64,000 nucleotides of DNA from Candidatus Hydrogenedentota bacterium (GTDB lineage: Bacteria; Hydrogenedentota; Hydrogenedentia; Hydrogenedentales; SLHB01): contig JAWXCN010000032.1 in NCBI GenBank assembly GCA_034408725.1, forward strand, positions 13,517 to 77,516, read 5' to 3'. The notes beneath the pieces are model-generated. The model made no database searches. It was not told where the DNA came from and saw only the letters and a list, made by a program, of their open reading frames with translations. The position numbers and the translations under genes are program-made. This document shows, in pieces, positions 16,661-26,300 of the stretch. Position 1 is the first letter of the stretch. The number at the start of each line of letters is the position of its first letter.

Positions 16661-17365
16661 TCAGCCGTCTCCGCGCCGTATGAGATTCAGCGGAATATCC
16701 AACCCCATCCGGAACAGGTAATACAACGGGCGCAACCCCGCGTGCATAGATTTACCAGCGCTTGGAAACATTGTCACCGGCAATTCCGCGATCCGCACGC
16801 CATGCCGGTGCAGCATCACGATGACATCCACGTCGGGATAATCAACGGGATAAGAGTCGTGCGCATACAACTCGAGTACGCGCCGGTTCATGGCCTGAAA
16901 GCCGCTCGTCGGATCAGTGATGGTTTGGCCAAGCAACAACGACGCGAGCCGGCGGAACACAAACATTCCCGCGCGCCGCGCAAGCGGTATCGCGTAAGTG
17001 CCACCTTCGAGAAATCGCGACCCGATGCACAAATCACTTTTGCCGTCACGGACGTATTCGAGCAACCGCGGCATGCAGGCGGGATTATGTTGTCCGTCTG
17101 CATCAAGCTGCACTACGTATTGGAAACCCGCGCGCAACGCGTACTTGTATCCCGTCTGCAATGCCACGCCGTAACCGAGATTGTAGGGCAGCGACAGGAC
17201 GATTGCGCCTGCTTCAAGCGCGCGGTCCACGGTCGCGTCGCGTGAGCCGTCATCGATTACAACTATTGTGGTATTTGGGAGGGCATCGTGCACGAGCGCT
17301 ATGACACGGCCAATGTTGGATTCCTCGTTAAAGGCAGGCAGAAGAATCAGGGTGTCGTTGCGCAT
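16661..17365 (-). CDS. Family 2 glycosyltransferase (polyprenol-phosphate sugar transferase-like)
   Basis: Lies within ORF 16661..17425, with the ATG at 17365 (MRNDTLILLPAFNEE). It has VVIDDGSRDATV and the QLDADGQH DxD-type motif. Confidence 0.85.
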   Translation of the reverse strand: MRNDTLILLPAFNEESNIGRVIALVHDALPNTTIVVIDDGSRDATVDRALEAGAIVLSLPYNLGYGVALQTGYKYALRAGFQYVVQLDADGQHNPACMPRLLEYVRDGKSDLCIGSRFLEGGTYAIPLARRAGMFVFRRLASLLLGQTITDPTSGFQAMNRRVLELYAHDSYPVDYPDVDVIVMLHRHGVRIAELPVTMFPSAGKSMHAGLRPLYYLFRMGLDIPLNLIRRGDG

Positions 17366-17537
17366 GGCGGAAGTGTAAACCGGGGGTAACCAATCGTCAA
17401 CCGTCGCGGCTATATGTTGCTGCACGATGCGGCCGCGTGAGTCTAGGTATTGCCTGAACGCAGCGATTGACGGGGATAAGTTTGGAGTTGAACCTGCCGC
17501 GCCAAAACCGATGAATTCGGCGCTATGCAGCGCGGTT

Positions 17538-18983
17538 TTATTGAATGTACGGTGTGATTTCCAGGTCCCATCGACTTAATGTGACTGATTCAACATGCCC
17601 GTCGAGAAAAACTACCCCCCGCGCGGGCTGGTGTTCTGGCATTGCCGGCAGCAATTCGCGTGAAACCGCAACCGGCACGTCGCTGGCCAGCCTTGAGCGG
17701 CTCCAGGAGGGCATTTCGTCCCAAACAAGTGGAGCATTCTGTGGGTCTATCTCTGCGGCGAACTCGATCAATTCACGTTCGGTTCGCGCGGGAGTTATCA
17801 AGTCGTAAGACAGATTTCCCTCTGCGACCCAAGGCGAATGCAGTATGTAAGGGTCCGCAAGATATTCGGGATATAGGGAGAACCATCCAGCGGGAAGATA
17901 GCCATTGTGCTCCCCCTGGAACATTTTCAGGGCAAGTCCAAGCAGTTTGAGGTTCATGAATTCCTGATTGCGCAATTCCTCCTGGGTAACGCCTTGCGCG
18001 GGACGCTCTTCGCCTGATAGCGGGAGCTGCGCGTCGCCTCGGTCCGTGGCCAGAAGGACCAGCGTCGGATTCTCAAATTCAATCTGCGCGATCGGCTTGT
18101 AGACTGGCGTCTCTCCGCCCCAGACTTCCCGTAGCCGCCGCTCCAGTTCAGTGAGGTTTTCCGCCGTTGGATTCTTTCGCAGTCCGAGCAGTTCTTCTTT
18201 CGGAAGACTCACCGTACTGCCTCTCTGTCCCGCCGCGAGATAGGTGATTTTCCGGCCGGGTTGATTGTCGAGGATCGATGGATCATCCAGAAAATCAGGC
18301 ACGAGTTGGTTCAAGGAGACAGGAAAGGAACCATGATGCGCGGCAGCAAAATCCAACAATGCCTGCGCGAGTTTCGTGACTTCGGACATGCGCCGCGCTC
18401 GCAGATCGATGGCTTCCTGTTCTTGTAGTATTTGCGCTTCCGGGAGTCTGATCAGTTTCATCCCTCCGTCGTCCATGGAGTAAAACTCCCCATTGAACGT
18501 GAACCAGCTTTGGCCGATGGCTTCGGTCAACGTTGGGTTGAGTTGTCCCTCGAACACGCGGGCAATGTTTTCCCGGGGTTCAAATGTGAGGATCAGTCGC
18601 AGCCCTGTTTCAACCTTTGCTTTTGCGCTATCGGAATTCCCGCCAGTTACATTGAGCACGGCGCCATCGTGTTTGAATTGAAGCCGTCCACGTGAAAATT
18701 CCTCGCCGGTATCAGCGATGGTGAAACGTTCCCACGTTCCATCAAGTTTGGGTGCAATGTCGAGCTCTTCGGCTGCCGTAGGCTCCTCGACTGGTAGCGC
18801 GGCCGCGGGCATCACCGTTGGCGCGGCTTGTGGCGGTAGTTCCGGCGGGGTCGGGGCTGGTGCTGGCGATGCACTTCTGGAAGCGACTGGCTTGATTGGA
18901 GTTGGAGCGTCATCGGTCCGCGCGACGAAGTAAACCGCGACGCCGGCTACAACAGCCAGAACCAATATTTGGATGGACTTCAT
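17538..18983 (-). CDS. Membrane-anchored protein with degenerate DUF1559-like modules
   Basis: Lies within ORF 17538..19100. The likely start is at 18983 (MKSIQILVLAVVAGVAVYFV, a TM helix) or at 19010. It has a Pro/Ala-rich linker. LKLLGLALKMFQGEHNGYLPAGW and C-terminal VVFLDGHVESV echo the DUF1559 motifs. Confidence 0.6.
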   Translation of the reverse strand: MKSIQILVLAVVAGVAVYFVARTDDAPTPIKPVASRSASPAPAPTPPELPPQAAPTVMPAAALPVEEPTAAEELDIAPKLDGTWERFTIADTGEEFSRGRLQFKHDGAVLNVTGGNSDSAKAKVETGLRLILTFEPRENIARVFEGQLNPTLTEAIGQSWFTFNGEFYSMDDGGMKLIRLPEAQILQEQEAIDLRARRMSEVTKLAQALLDFAAAHHGSFPVSLNQLVPDFLDDPSILDNQPGRKITYLAAGQRGSTVSLPKEELLGLRKNPTAENLTELERRLREVWGGETPVYKPIAQIEFENPTLVLLATDRGDAQLPLSGEERPAQGVTQEELRNQEFMNLKLLGLALKMFQGEHNGYLPAGWFSLYPEYLADPYILHSPWVAEGNLSYDLITPARTERELIEFAAEIDPQNAPLVWDEMPSWSRSRLASDVPVAVSRELLPAMPEHQPARGVVFLDGHVESVTLSRWDLEITPYIQ

Positions 18984-19110
18984 GATCGCGCGGACTGGTG
19001 GAGTGATCATAGAAAACTCCCTGTATTGTTTACTGTAAATGGCGGCAGGGGTGTAAAGCGATCTATTGGTTGGCGACGGGACATGCTGGTCTTTTGGCAA
19101 ACGAGGCGGT

Positions 19111-19325
19111 GCGAACGCGGATTATCGAGCAACGATTGCGATGACCAGCACGAGCAGGAAAAAATAGGACGAGTATGAGGGATTGGGTGAATGGAGACCC
19201 TACGGTCGGGGGGAGTGGCGCGGTCGGAGACCGGCCACAACGGCAGTACGTGGCGAACGCCGATTATCGAGTAACGGGCACGAGCACGAGCCGAACACGA
19301 GCCGAACACGATCGAGAGCACGAGG
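19111..19325 (+). repeat. Composite intergenic repeat locus A (24-nt direct repeats + ACGANN hexamer tracts + double-hairpin element 19191-19240)
   Basis: GCGAACGCGGATTATCGAGCAACG (19111-19134) and GCGAACGCCGATTATCGAGTAACG (19253-19276) are each followed by ACGA-phased hexamers. The central ATGGAGACCCTACGGTC...GTGGCGCGGTCGGAGACCGGCCAC matches the elements at 31800, 38886 and 39146. Confidence 0.8.
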
Positions 19326-19379
19326 ATATACTAAATTCCGATCGGGGGCTTTTGTGCGAGGTAGCTGGAGGAGTCGATT

Positions 19380-20105
19380 GTGAGTGGTACATTGAATCGT
19401 GAGCCGGTGCGTTACGTCACGGTCGAAGAAATGCGCGAGGCGGACCGGCGTTGCATCGAGGACATCGGCATTCCTGGCGCGGTGTTGATGAACAACGCGG
19501 GGGCCGCAGTGTTTCGCGAGGTGGATTCCGGGCCGGTGGGCATCGTGTGCGGGAAGGGGAACAACGGTGGCGACGGGTTCGTCGTCGCGCGGCTGGCTTT
19601 ATTGGCGGGGTACGGCACGCGCGTAGTTCTCGTTGCTGAACCTGAGTCCATTAGCGGCGATGCCGCGACCTTCATGCGGGTGTACGAGCGGCTGGGCGGC
19701 AGAATTGATGTCGCCCTGACTGAACTGAAAGCGGCGAATGAGCTGACCGCGTTGTCGTCGTGCCATGTCTTGATTGATGCGCTGTTGGGCACCGGCATGC
19801 AAGGCGACGTGCGCGGACCCGCGCGCGCGGCGATTGACGCCTGGCCCGACGTTAGGACTATCGCAGTGGATTTGCCGTCGGGGCTTCACGCGGATACGGG
19901 AGAAATTTGTGGTGCGTGTGTGCGCGCTGATGTCACGGTCACGTTTCAGTACCCGAAACGGGGATTCCAGAACCCAGCGGCGGCAGAGTATGTGGGCCGG
20001 TTGGCGATCGCGGATATAGGAATTCCGGCCAGTTGTATCGAGGGAGGAAGGGGGGAAGGCAGGAAGCGAGGAAGCGAGGAAGTTAGGAAGCAAGAGTGTG
20101 AGTAG
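19380..20105 (+). CDS. nnrE: NAD(P)H-hydrate epimerase (YjeF N-terminal domain family)
   Basis: GTG start. It has VTVEEMREADRRCIEDIGIPGAVLMNNAG and CGKGNNGGDGFVVARLL. The last ~20 aa (GGRGEGRKRGSEEVRKQECE) are encoded by a purine-rich octamer repeat and may not be a conserved part of the protein. Confidence 0.85.
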   Translation: MSGTLNREPVRYVTVEEMREADRRCIEDIGIPGAVLMNNAGAAVFREVDSGPVGIVCGKGNNGGDGFVVARLALLAGYGTRVVLVAEPESISGDAATFMRVYERLGGRIDVALTELKAANELTALSSCHVLIDALLGTGMQGDVRGPARAAIDAWPDVRTIAVDLPSGLHADTGEICGACVRADVTVTFQYPKRGFQNPAAAEYVGRLAIADIGIPASCIEGGRGEGRKRGSEEVRKQECE

Positions 20106-20115
20106 GGAATGTCGT

Positions 20116-20364
20116 TTACTTCCGAACGCTAATCCATCCAATTTCTATTTCCTCGAATACAAGCTCGGCCGGTATGGGTACGGATGATCCCGCAACGAAG
20201 TCGTTATGACGACGTTCGACTTCATCAGCCCACGTAGCATCGATTTCAGGATCGATACCCGACGTATCGGGTAGCGAATCAAGTAAATGCGCAACGAGTT
20301 GGAATCTGTCGTATTCATCCAATAGAAGGGCTTCATTTTTCAGATCGTCCAGTGTGCGCGGCAT
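20116..20364 (-). CDS. Putative addiction-module antitoxin component (TIGR02574-like), orphan
   Basis: Lies within ORF 20116..20442, with the ATG at 20364 (MPRTLDDLKNEALLLDEYDRFQLVAHLLDSL...WADEVERRHNDF). There is no toxin ORF downstream on the same strand. Confidence 0.6.
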   Translation of the reverse strand: MPRTLDDLKNEALLLDEYDRFQLVAHLLDSLPDTSGIDPEIDATWADEVERRHNDFVAGSSVPIPAELVFEEIEIGWISVRK

Positions 20365-20395
20365 TTCAACGGACCTCCAGACAGAAAACCGATTG

Positions 20396-21175
20396 CTACA
20401 CGTAAACCGTGCCTTCCGAGTATAGCACGGCGTTTCCTGCAATCGACACGCGAGCGCCGCGGTCTTCGCACCAGATTTCGCCGGTGCGGGCGGAGATTTG
20501 GCGGGCGAACAATGTTTTCTTTTTCAGCCGTTGTGACCAGTACGGGATTAGCGTGCAATGCGCGGAACCCGTCACCGGGTCTTCGTTGATGCCTTGGGCG
20601 GGCGCGAAAAAGCGGGACACGAAATCGCAGTCCTTGCCTGGGGCAGTGGCGATGACGGCAAACCGGTCGAGGCCATTCAGTAGTTCGAAATCCGGGGAAA
20701 GTGCGCGGACCTGATCCTCGTTGTCGAAGACGCAAAAGTAGTCGCGCGCCGCGAGGGTTACACCGGGTTGCGCGCCGAGTCCCGAAACGAGATTTGGGTG
20801 TGGTGCGCACGGTTCCGGCGGACGGCTCGGGAAATCCATCTCGAAATTGTCTCCACTCTTCGCGACGACCAGTTCGCCGCTGGCGGTTTGAAAGCGTATT
20901 GATTCGCCGCTGAATTGCAGATGGTTGAACAAAACGAATGCACTCGCCAGCGTGGCATGTCCGCAAAGGTCAACCTCGACCGCCGGGGTGAACCAGCGCA
21001 AGCGGAAATGGCCATTCTCCGGAACGAAGAACGCGGTTTCCGACAGGTTGTTTTCCGCCGCGATGGCCTGAAGTGTGGAATCTTCCAGCCATGTTTCGAG
21101 CGGACAGACGGCGGCGGGATTTCCGCTGAATGGTTGCGTGGTGAATGCGTCTACGTGATATACCGGAATGCGCAC
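20396..21175 (-). CDS. PhzF family isomerase
   Basis: MRIPVYHVDAFTTQPFSGNPAAVC..., ETAFF, GHATLA and DPVTGSAHC are typical PhzF/DAP-epimerase-fold motifs. Confidence 0.85.
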   Translation of the reverse strand: MRIPVYHVDAFTTQPFSGNPAAVCPLETWLEDSTLQAIAAENNLSETAFFVPENGHFRLRWFTPAVEVDLCGHATLASAFVLFNHLQFSGESIRFQTASGELVVAKSGDNFEMDFPSRPPEPCAPHPNLVSGLGAQPGVTLAARDYFCVFDNEDQVRALSPDFELLNGLDRFAVIATAPGKDCDFVSRFFAPAQGINEDPVTGSAHCTLIPYWSQRLKKKTLFARQISARTGEIWCEDRGARVSIAGNAVLYSEGTVYV

Positions 21176-21266
21176 AGGAGTTCTCCAATCGGTAGTTGTC
21201 TAATGGCTCCGCATGCGCACCATATTAGTCCGTTTCGTTGTTTTTGCGGCCAAGGAGTGATAGACT

Positions 21267-21275
21267 TGCTATAAT
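21267..21275 (+). promoter_or_regulatory. Extended -10 promoter candidate TGcTATAAT
   Basis: TGCTATAAT at 21267-21275, about 180 nt upstream of the FAAL start. There is no good -35 element. This is a sequence match only. Confidence 0.3.
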
Positions 21276-21455
21276 CTTGCTCTAACGTTATGCAGCGGAG
21301 TTGGTTAGCGCGTATGCCCGGAGCAGGGATTCCAAGGGATTCGCGTGATACAAGTCCGCAACCGTGCAGCGAATTCCGCAGTCTAAGGATTTGCAGGAGT
21401 CTGTCCGAGGGACGACGGCTTCCTCCTTAATGAGGATCGGTACGGAGTATATCGA

Positions 21456-23261
21456 ATGACGACAGCATCGGCAGCCGTAGCGTGGGCGCCACAAACCAGT
21501 GAAATTGAAAGCCGGGCGCAAAATGCCGGTATTCCCATCCATGCCAACACCGTGGACGAAGTATTGCGCATTCGTGCGGAAGCGCATCCGGACGAGATTG
21601 CCTACGTCTTTCTCGAAGACGGCGAAGTTGAAGGCCCTTCGTATACCTATGCGCAGTTGGACCGCCGCGCAAAGGCGATCGCCGCGTATCTGTTGGAGCA
21701 ATGCAACCCGGGCGACCGAGCGCTGCTGATTTTCCCGCCTGGCCTGGATTATATGGCCGCATTTTTTGGGTGCTTATACGCGGGCGTCGTGGCGGTGCCC
21801 GTGTATCCGCCCGATCCGGGCCGGTTAAACCGGAGCCTTCCGCGACTAAAAGTTATCGCGAACGACGCGGACACGCATATCGCGTTGACGACGAATTACG
21901 TGATGCCGTTGTGCGAAATGTTTTCCGCGCAGGACCCGGACTTCGCAAAGTTCACTTGGATGCCGGTGGACTCCATTCCGGATGAGAAGGCTGACAGTTG
22001 GCGCGGCGAAATCTCGAAGTCTGACAGCGTCGCGTTTCTACAGTACACTTCCGGATCCACGGCGGACCCGAAAGGCGTGATGGTCACGCATGCAAACCTC
22101 CTCTACAACCTTTGGGATTTGAGCTATCTCTGGCATAGCGAAATGGCGCGGGGACGGCTGGTGACGTGGTTGCCGGCGTACCACGACATGGGGCTGATCT
22201 TTGGTCTGTTGTATCCCATGTATCTGCGGTGGCCGTGCTACGTGATGTCGCCGCTTGCGTTCTTGCAGCATCCAGTTCGATGGTTGCAGGCGATTGCCAA
22301 GTACAAGGCGACGTACAGTTGCGCGCCGAATTTCGCGTTTGATTTGTGTTCGCGAAAGGTTACCGCGGCGCAAAAGGCGTCCCTTGATCTGTCGTCATGG
22401 AGTGTTGCGGGAAACGGGTCCGAACCGATCCGGCCTGAAACGCTTGAAAGGTTTGTCGAAGCATTCAAGGAATGTGGCATAACGCCGAGCCTATTCAAAC
22501 CCGGTTATGGTCTTGCCGAAGCCACGTTGAAGGTGTGCGGCACGCGACCGGACGAAATGTACTGGACACTGTCGGTTTCGGGTGAAGAACTTGAGCACCA
22601 TCGTGTAGTCATTGTTGCGCGCGACACTCCTGGCGCGCGCACGCTCGTGGGCAACGGCCGCTCGCATCTCACCACGCGCACGATCATAGTTGATCGCGAC
22701 ACGGGCATTCAGTGCAAACCGGATACGGTCGGCGAAATATGGGTCGCGGGGCCGACAATTGCCAACGGCTATTGGAACCAGCCTGAAGCGACGGATGAAA
22801 TTTTTAATGCGCGGCTGTCGGACACCAACGAAGGGCCGTTCTTGCGCACGGGCGATCTGGGATTCCTTCACGATGGGGTCGTGTACGTCACGGGTCGAAT
22901 CAAGGACCTGATTATTGTCGACGGCGCGAACCATTACCCGCAGGACATCGAAATCGCGGTCGAGAAAAGTCACGCCGCCATTCGGCCCGGGTGCGTCATT
23001 GCGTTCTCAATTGTGGAGAACGGCGAAGAAAAACTGGTCGTCGTGGCCGAGGCCGGCGGCATCCCTGAAGGGGACAACGAAGCGAAGCCGGTCATTACGG
23101 CTGTGCGCAAAGCCGTCGCGCAGGAACACAATTTGCGGGTCCATAAAGTATGTTTGATCCAGCCGCGCTCAATCACAAAAACCAGTAGCGGAAAGTTGCA
23201 GCGGCAAGCGTCGAAGCGCGGCTACCTGGAAGACACACTCGACGTCATTGCGGTCGGATAG
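21456..23261 (+). CDS. Fatty acyl-AMP ligase (FAAL), stand-alone loading enzyme
   Basis: Adenylation core motifs LQYTSGSTADPKGVMVTH, GYGLAE, LRTGDLG and SSGKLQR. The FadD32/FAAL-like N-terminus is IAYVFLEDGEVEGPSYTYAQLDRRAKAIAAYL. It lies immediately upstream of a PKS that begins with an ACP. Confidence 0.88.
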   Translation: MTTASAAVAWAPQTSEIESRAQNAGIPIHANTVDEVLRIRAEAHPDEIAYVFLEDGEVEGPSYTYAQLDRRAKAIAAYLLEQCNPGDRALLIFPPGLDYMAAFFGCLYAGVVAVPVYPPDPGRLNRSLPRLKVIANDADTHIALTTNYVMPLCEMFSAQDPDFAKFTWMPVDSIPDEKADSWRGEISKSDSVAFLQYTSGSTADPKGVMVTHANLLYNLWDLSYLWHSEMARGRLVTWLPAYHDMGLIFGLLYPMYLRWPCYVMSPLAFLQHPVRWLQAIAKYKATYSCAPNFAFDLCSRKVTAAQKASLDLSSWSVAGNGSEPIRPETLERFVEAFKECGITPSLFKPGYGLAEATLKVCGTRPDEMYWTLSVSGEELEHHRVVIVARDTPGARTLVGNGRSHLTTRTIIVDRDTGIQCKPDTVGEIWVAGPTIANGYWNQPEATDEIFNARLSDTNEGPFLRTGDLGFLHDGVVYVTGRIKDLIIVDGANHYPQDIEIAVEKSHAAIRPGCVIAFSIVENGEEKLVVVAEAGGIPEGDNEAKPVITAVRKAVAQEHNLRVHKVCLIQPRSITKTSSGKLQRQASKRGYLEDTLDVIAVG

Positions 23262-23300
23262 GCATTTGGCCACCTTGGCCTGAATTTAGGATGGTTTCCA

Positions 23301-26300
23301 TTGCAGAGTAAAGAAGCGATTCAAGCCTGGATCATCGCCCACCTTTCGGAAGAGACGGGCATTGATGCGCGCGAGATCGATCCTAACGCGGCATTTGATG
23401 ATCTCGGTGTCGCCTCGCGCGACGCGGTGACCCTGTCGGGCGATTTGGAAGATTGGCTTGGCCGTACGTTGTCCCCGACGTTGTTGTGGGACCATCCGTC
23501 GATTGCGGCTCTGGCCGAACATCTTGCGGGCGGAGCGCCTCTGGCTGGAAGCGCAACGGCGCACGTGCTCGTGGCGGAAGTTCACGAACCCATTGCAATC
23601 ATAGGAATTGGCCTTAAGGTTCCGGGTGCGTCATCGCCATCTGAATTTTGGTCAATGTTGATCGAGGGCCGGGACGCCATTGGCGCCGTGCCCGCGGATC
23701 GCTGGGACAACGCGGCCTATTACGATCCCAACCCCGGCACGGCCGGAAAAATGTACACGGAACGCGGCGGTTTTCTCGATCGCGTCGATTTGTTTGATGC
23801 CGATTTTTTCGGAATCCCGCCGCGCGAAGCGGCGCGTATGGATCCTCAGCAGCGGTTGTTGATCGAGGCGGCGTGGGAAGCACTCGAAGACGCGGGCATC
23901 GCGCCGCCGAGTCTCGCGGGCAGCGACACGTCGGTGTTCGTTGGCATCAGTTCGAGCGATTACGCGCAGCTTCAAATGAGCGATCCATCCCTGGTTGATG
24001 CCTACGCAGGCACGGGAAACGCGCACAGCCTCGCGGCAAACCGGATTTCATATTTCCTTGATCTGCGCGGGCCGAGCGTTGCGATTGATACGGCGTGTTC
24101 GTCGTCCTTGGTCGCAGTGCATCAGGCCGTGGGTAGTTTGCGTAAGGGCGAGAGCAGTATCGCGCTCGCGGGCGGAGTCAACGTGCTGCTCTCACCAGAA
24201 GTGAACATGGTGTTTTCGCATGCGCGCATGATGGCGCCGGACGGACGTTGCAAAACTTTTGACGCAACCGCGGACGGATATGTGCGGGGCGAGGGTTGCG
24301 GCGTCGTGGTGTTGAAACGCCTTTCCCGCGCGGTGGCCGATGGCGATTCGATCTATGCCGTGATTCGCGGTACCGCTATCAACCACGATGGACGAAGCAA
24401 TGGCATTACCGCTCCGAACGGGTTGGCGCAACAGGACGTGATTCGCCGCGCACTGGCCGATGCGGGCCTGCAATCAACCGACGTGGGATATGTCGAAGCA
24501 CACGGCACGGGCACGTCGCTCGGCGATCCCATTGAAGTCGAGTCTTTGAAAGCGGTGCTGTTGCCGTCGCGCGACGCGAATGCGCCGGTCGTGCTTGGCG
24601 CGTTGAAAACAAATATAGGCCACCTTGAGGCCGCTGCGGGGATTGTGGGTTTGATTAAGACCGCGCTGGTGCTCGACAAAGGTGTGATACCCGCGACGCT
24701 GCACGTGCGCGAGGTGAACCCGCTGATCCAGTTGGACGGCACGCCGATGCGAATCGCTGTCGAACAGGAGCCGTGGCCGCGGGGAGCGCGTCCGCGTATC
24801 GCCGGCGTCAGCTCATTCGGGTTCGGCGGTGCGAACGCGCACGCGGTGCTTGAAGAAGCGCCAGAAACCGCAAACAAGAAACCGGCACATGAAGACCGTC
24901 CGCAGCACGTGCTTGCGTTGTCCGCAAAGACTGAATCCGCGTTGCGAACGTTGGCGGGCTCATACGCAAACGAATTGAACACGCATCCGGGTTCTTTTCC
25001 GGACTTTTGCTACACCGCGAACATTGGCCGCTCGGGACTCGAGAATCGCGCGTCGATACTTGGCTCGAACGCGGCGGACGCAGTCGCTGCGCTTCGGGAA
25101 ATTGCCCAAGGCGAAACGCCGAAACCGGTGGTGGCCGGCACGGCGCCGCGCGGCGCTTCAACGCCGGTTGCATTTTTATTTACGGGCCAGGGTTCGCAGT
25201 TTGTACAAATGGGCCGTGGATTGTATGAAAGCAACCCGGTATTCCGGCGCGTCATGCAGGAATGCGACGAAGTACTGGGCACGCGGCTTGACAAGCCACT
25301 GTTGGACATCATCTATCCACGCGAGGGCGAGACTTCGCCGTTGGATGAAACGGCGTATACCCAGCCCGCGTTGTTTGCAATTGAATATGCGTTATCCGAA
25401 GTCTGGCGTTCATGGGGCGTCACGCCCGCGTGCGTGATGGGCCACAGCGTGGGCGAGTACGTCGCCGCGTGCGTCGCGGGCGTGTTCACCTTCGAGGACG
25501 GCTTAAAACTTATCACCGAGCGCGCGCGCCTGATGGGCGCGATGCCGCCGGGCGGAACGATGGCCGCCGTGCTTATAGATGCGGAGACGGTGAAACTTGG
25601 ACTTGCCGAACATGCCGGCGCGGTGACGATCGCTGCCGTGAACGGACCTGCGAACACGGTCATATCCGGTGCGGAAGAACTGGTTGATGCGATTTGCGCG
25701 CAGTTCAAAGCGCAGGGCATCAAATCTGTCAAGCTGGCGGTATCGCATGCGTTTCATTCGCCGCTGATGGACCCGATGCTCGAGCCGTTCGAAAAGTTTG
25801 CCGCGGGATTCACGTTTAAGCCGCCGCGTATTCCGCTCGTATCCAATCTGATTGGACAGATTCCTGCCGCGGATTTTGCGTTCGATGCAGCCTACTGGCG
25901 CAAACACCTTCGCGAAGCGGTGCAATTCCATGCCGGCATTCAGTCGATGGTGAGCCGCGGCTACACAACATTCGTCGAGGCGGGACCGCAGGCAACGCTG
26001 TCGAGTATGGCTGCGCGATGTGTCGAAAAGGACGCCGCCGCGTGGTTGCCGTCGCTTGCGAAAGGCCAGGACGATTGGCACGTAATATTGCGGTCCCTGC
26101 AAACGCTGTATGTAAAGGGCGCATCGATAAACTGGAAAAGTTTCGATGCCCCCTATTCGCGCGCGCGCGTTCCGATTCCCACGTATCCGTTCGAGCGTAA
26201 GCGGCATTGGCTTGATGTAAATGCGCAAGTCGCGGGCGCACCGGTTAAAAAAACGCATCCGATGCCAACACGCTTGCCATCAAAGGACATGGGCGATTGG

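Noticed and set aside
19599-20141. 180-aa minus-strand ORF as the missing toxin partner of the 20116..20364 antitoxin
   Set aside because: It is antisense to nnrE over its whole length, shows no RelE/ParE-like features, and has shadow-ORF composition.
26076-26091. TGGCACGTAATATTGC, resembling a sigma-54 -24/-12 promoter
   Set aside because: The spacing between the GG and GC elements is one nucleotide too long, and the site is in the middle of the PKS AT-KR linker coding sequence.
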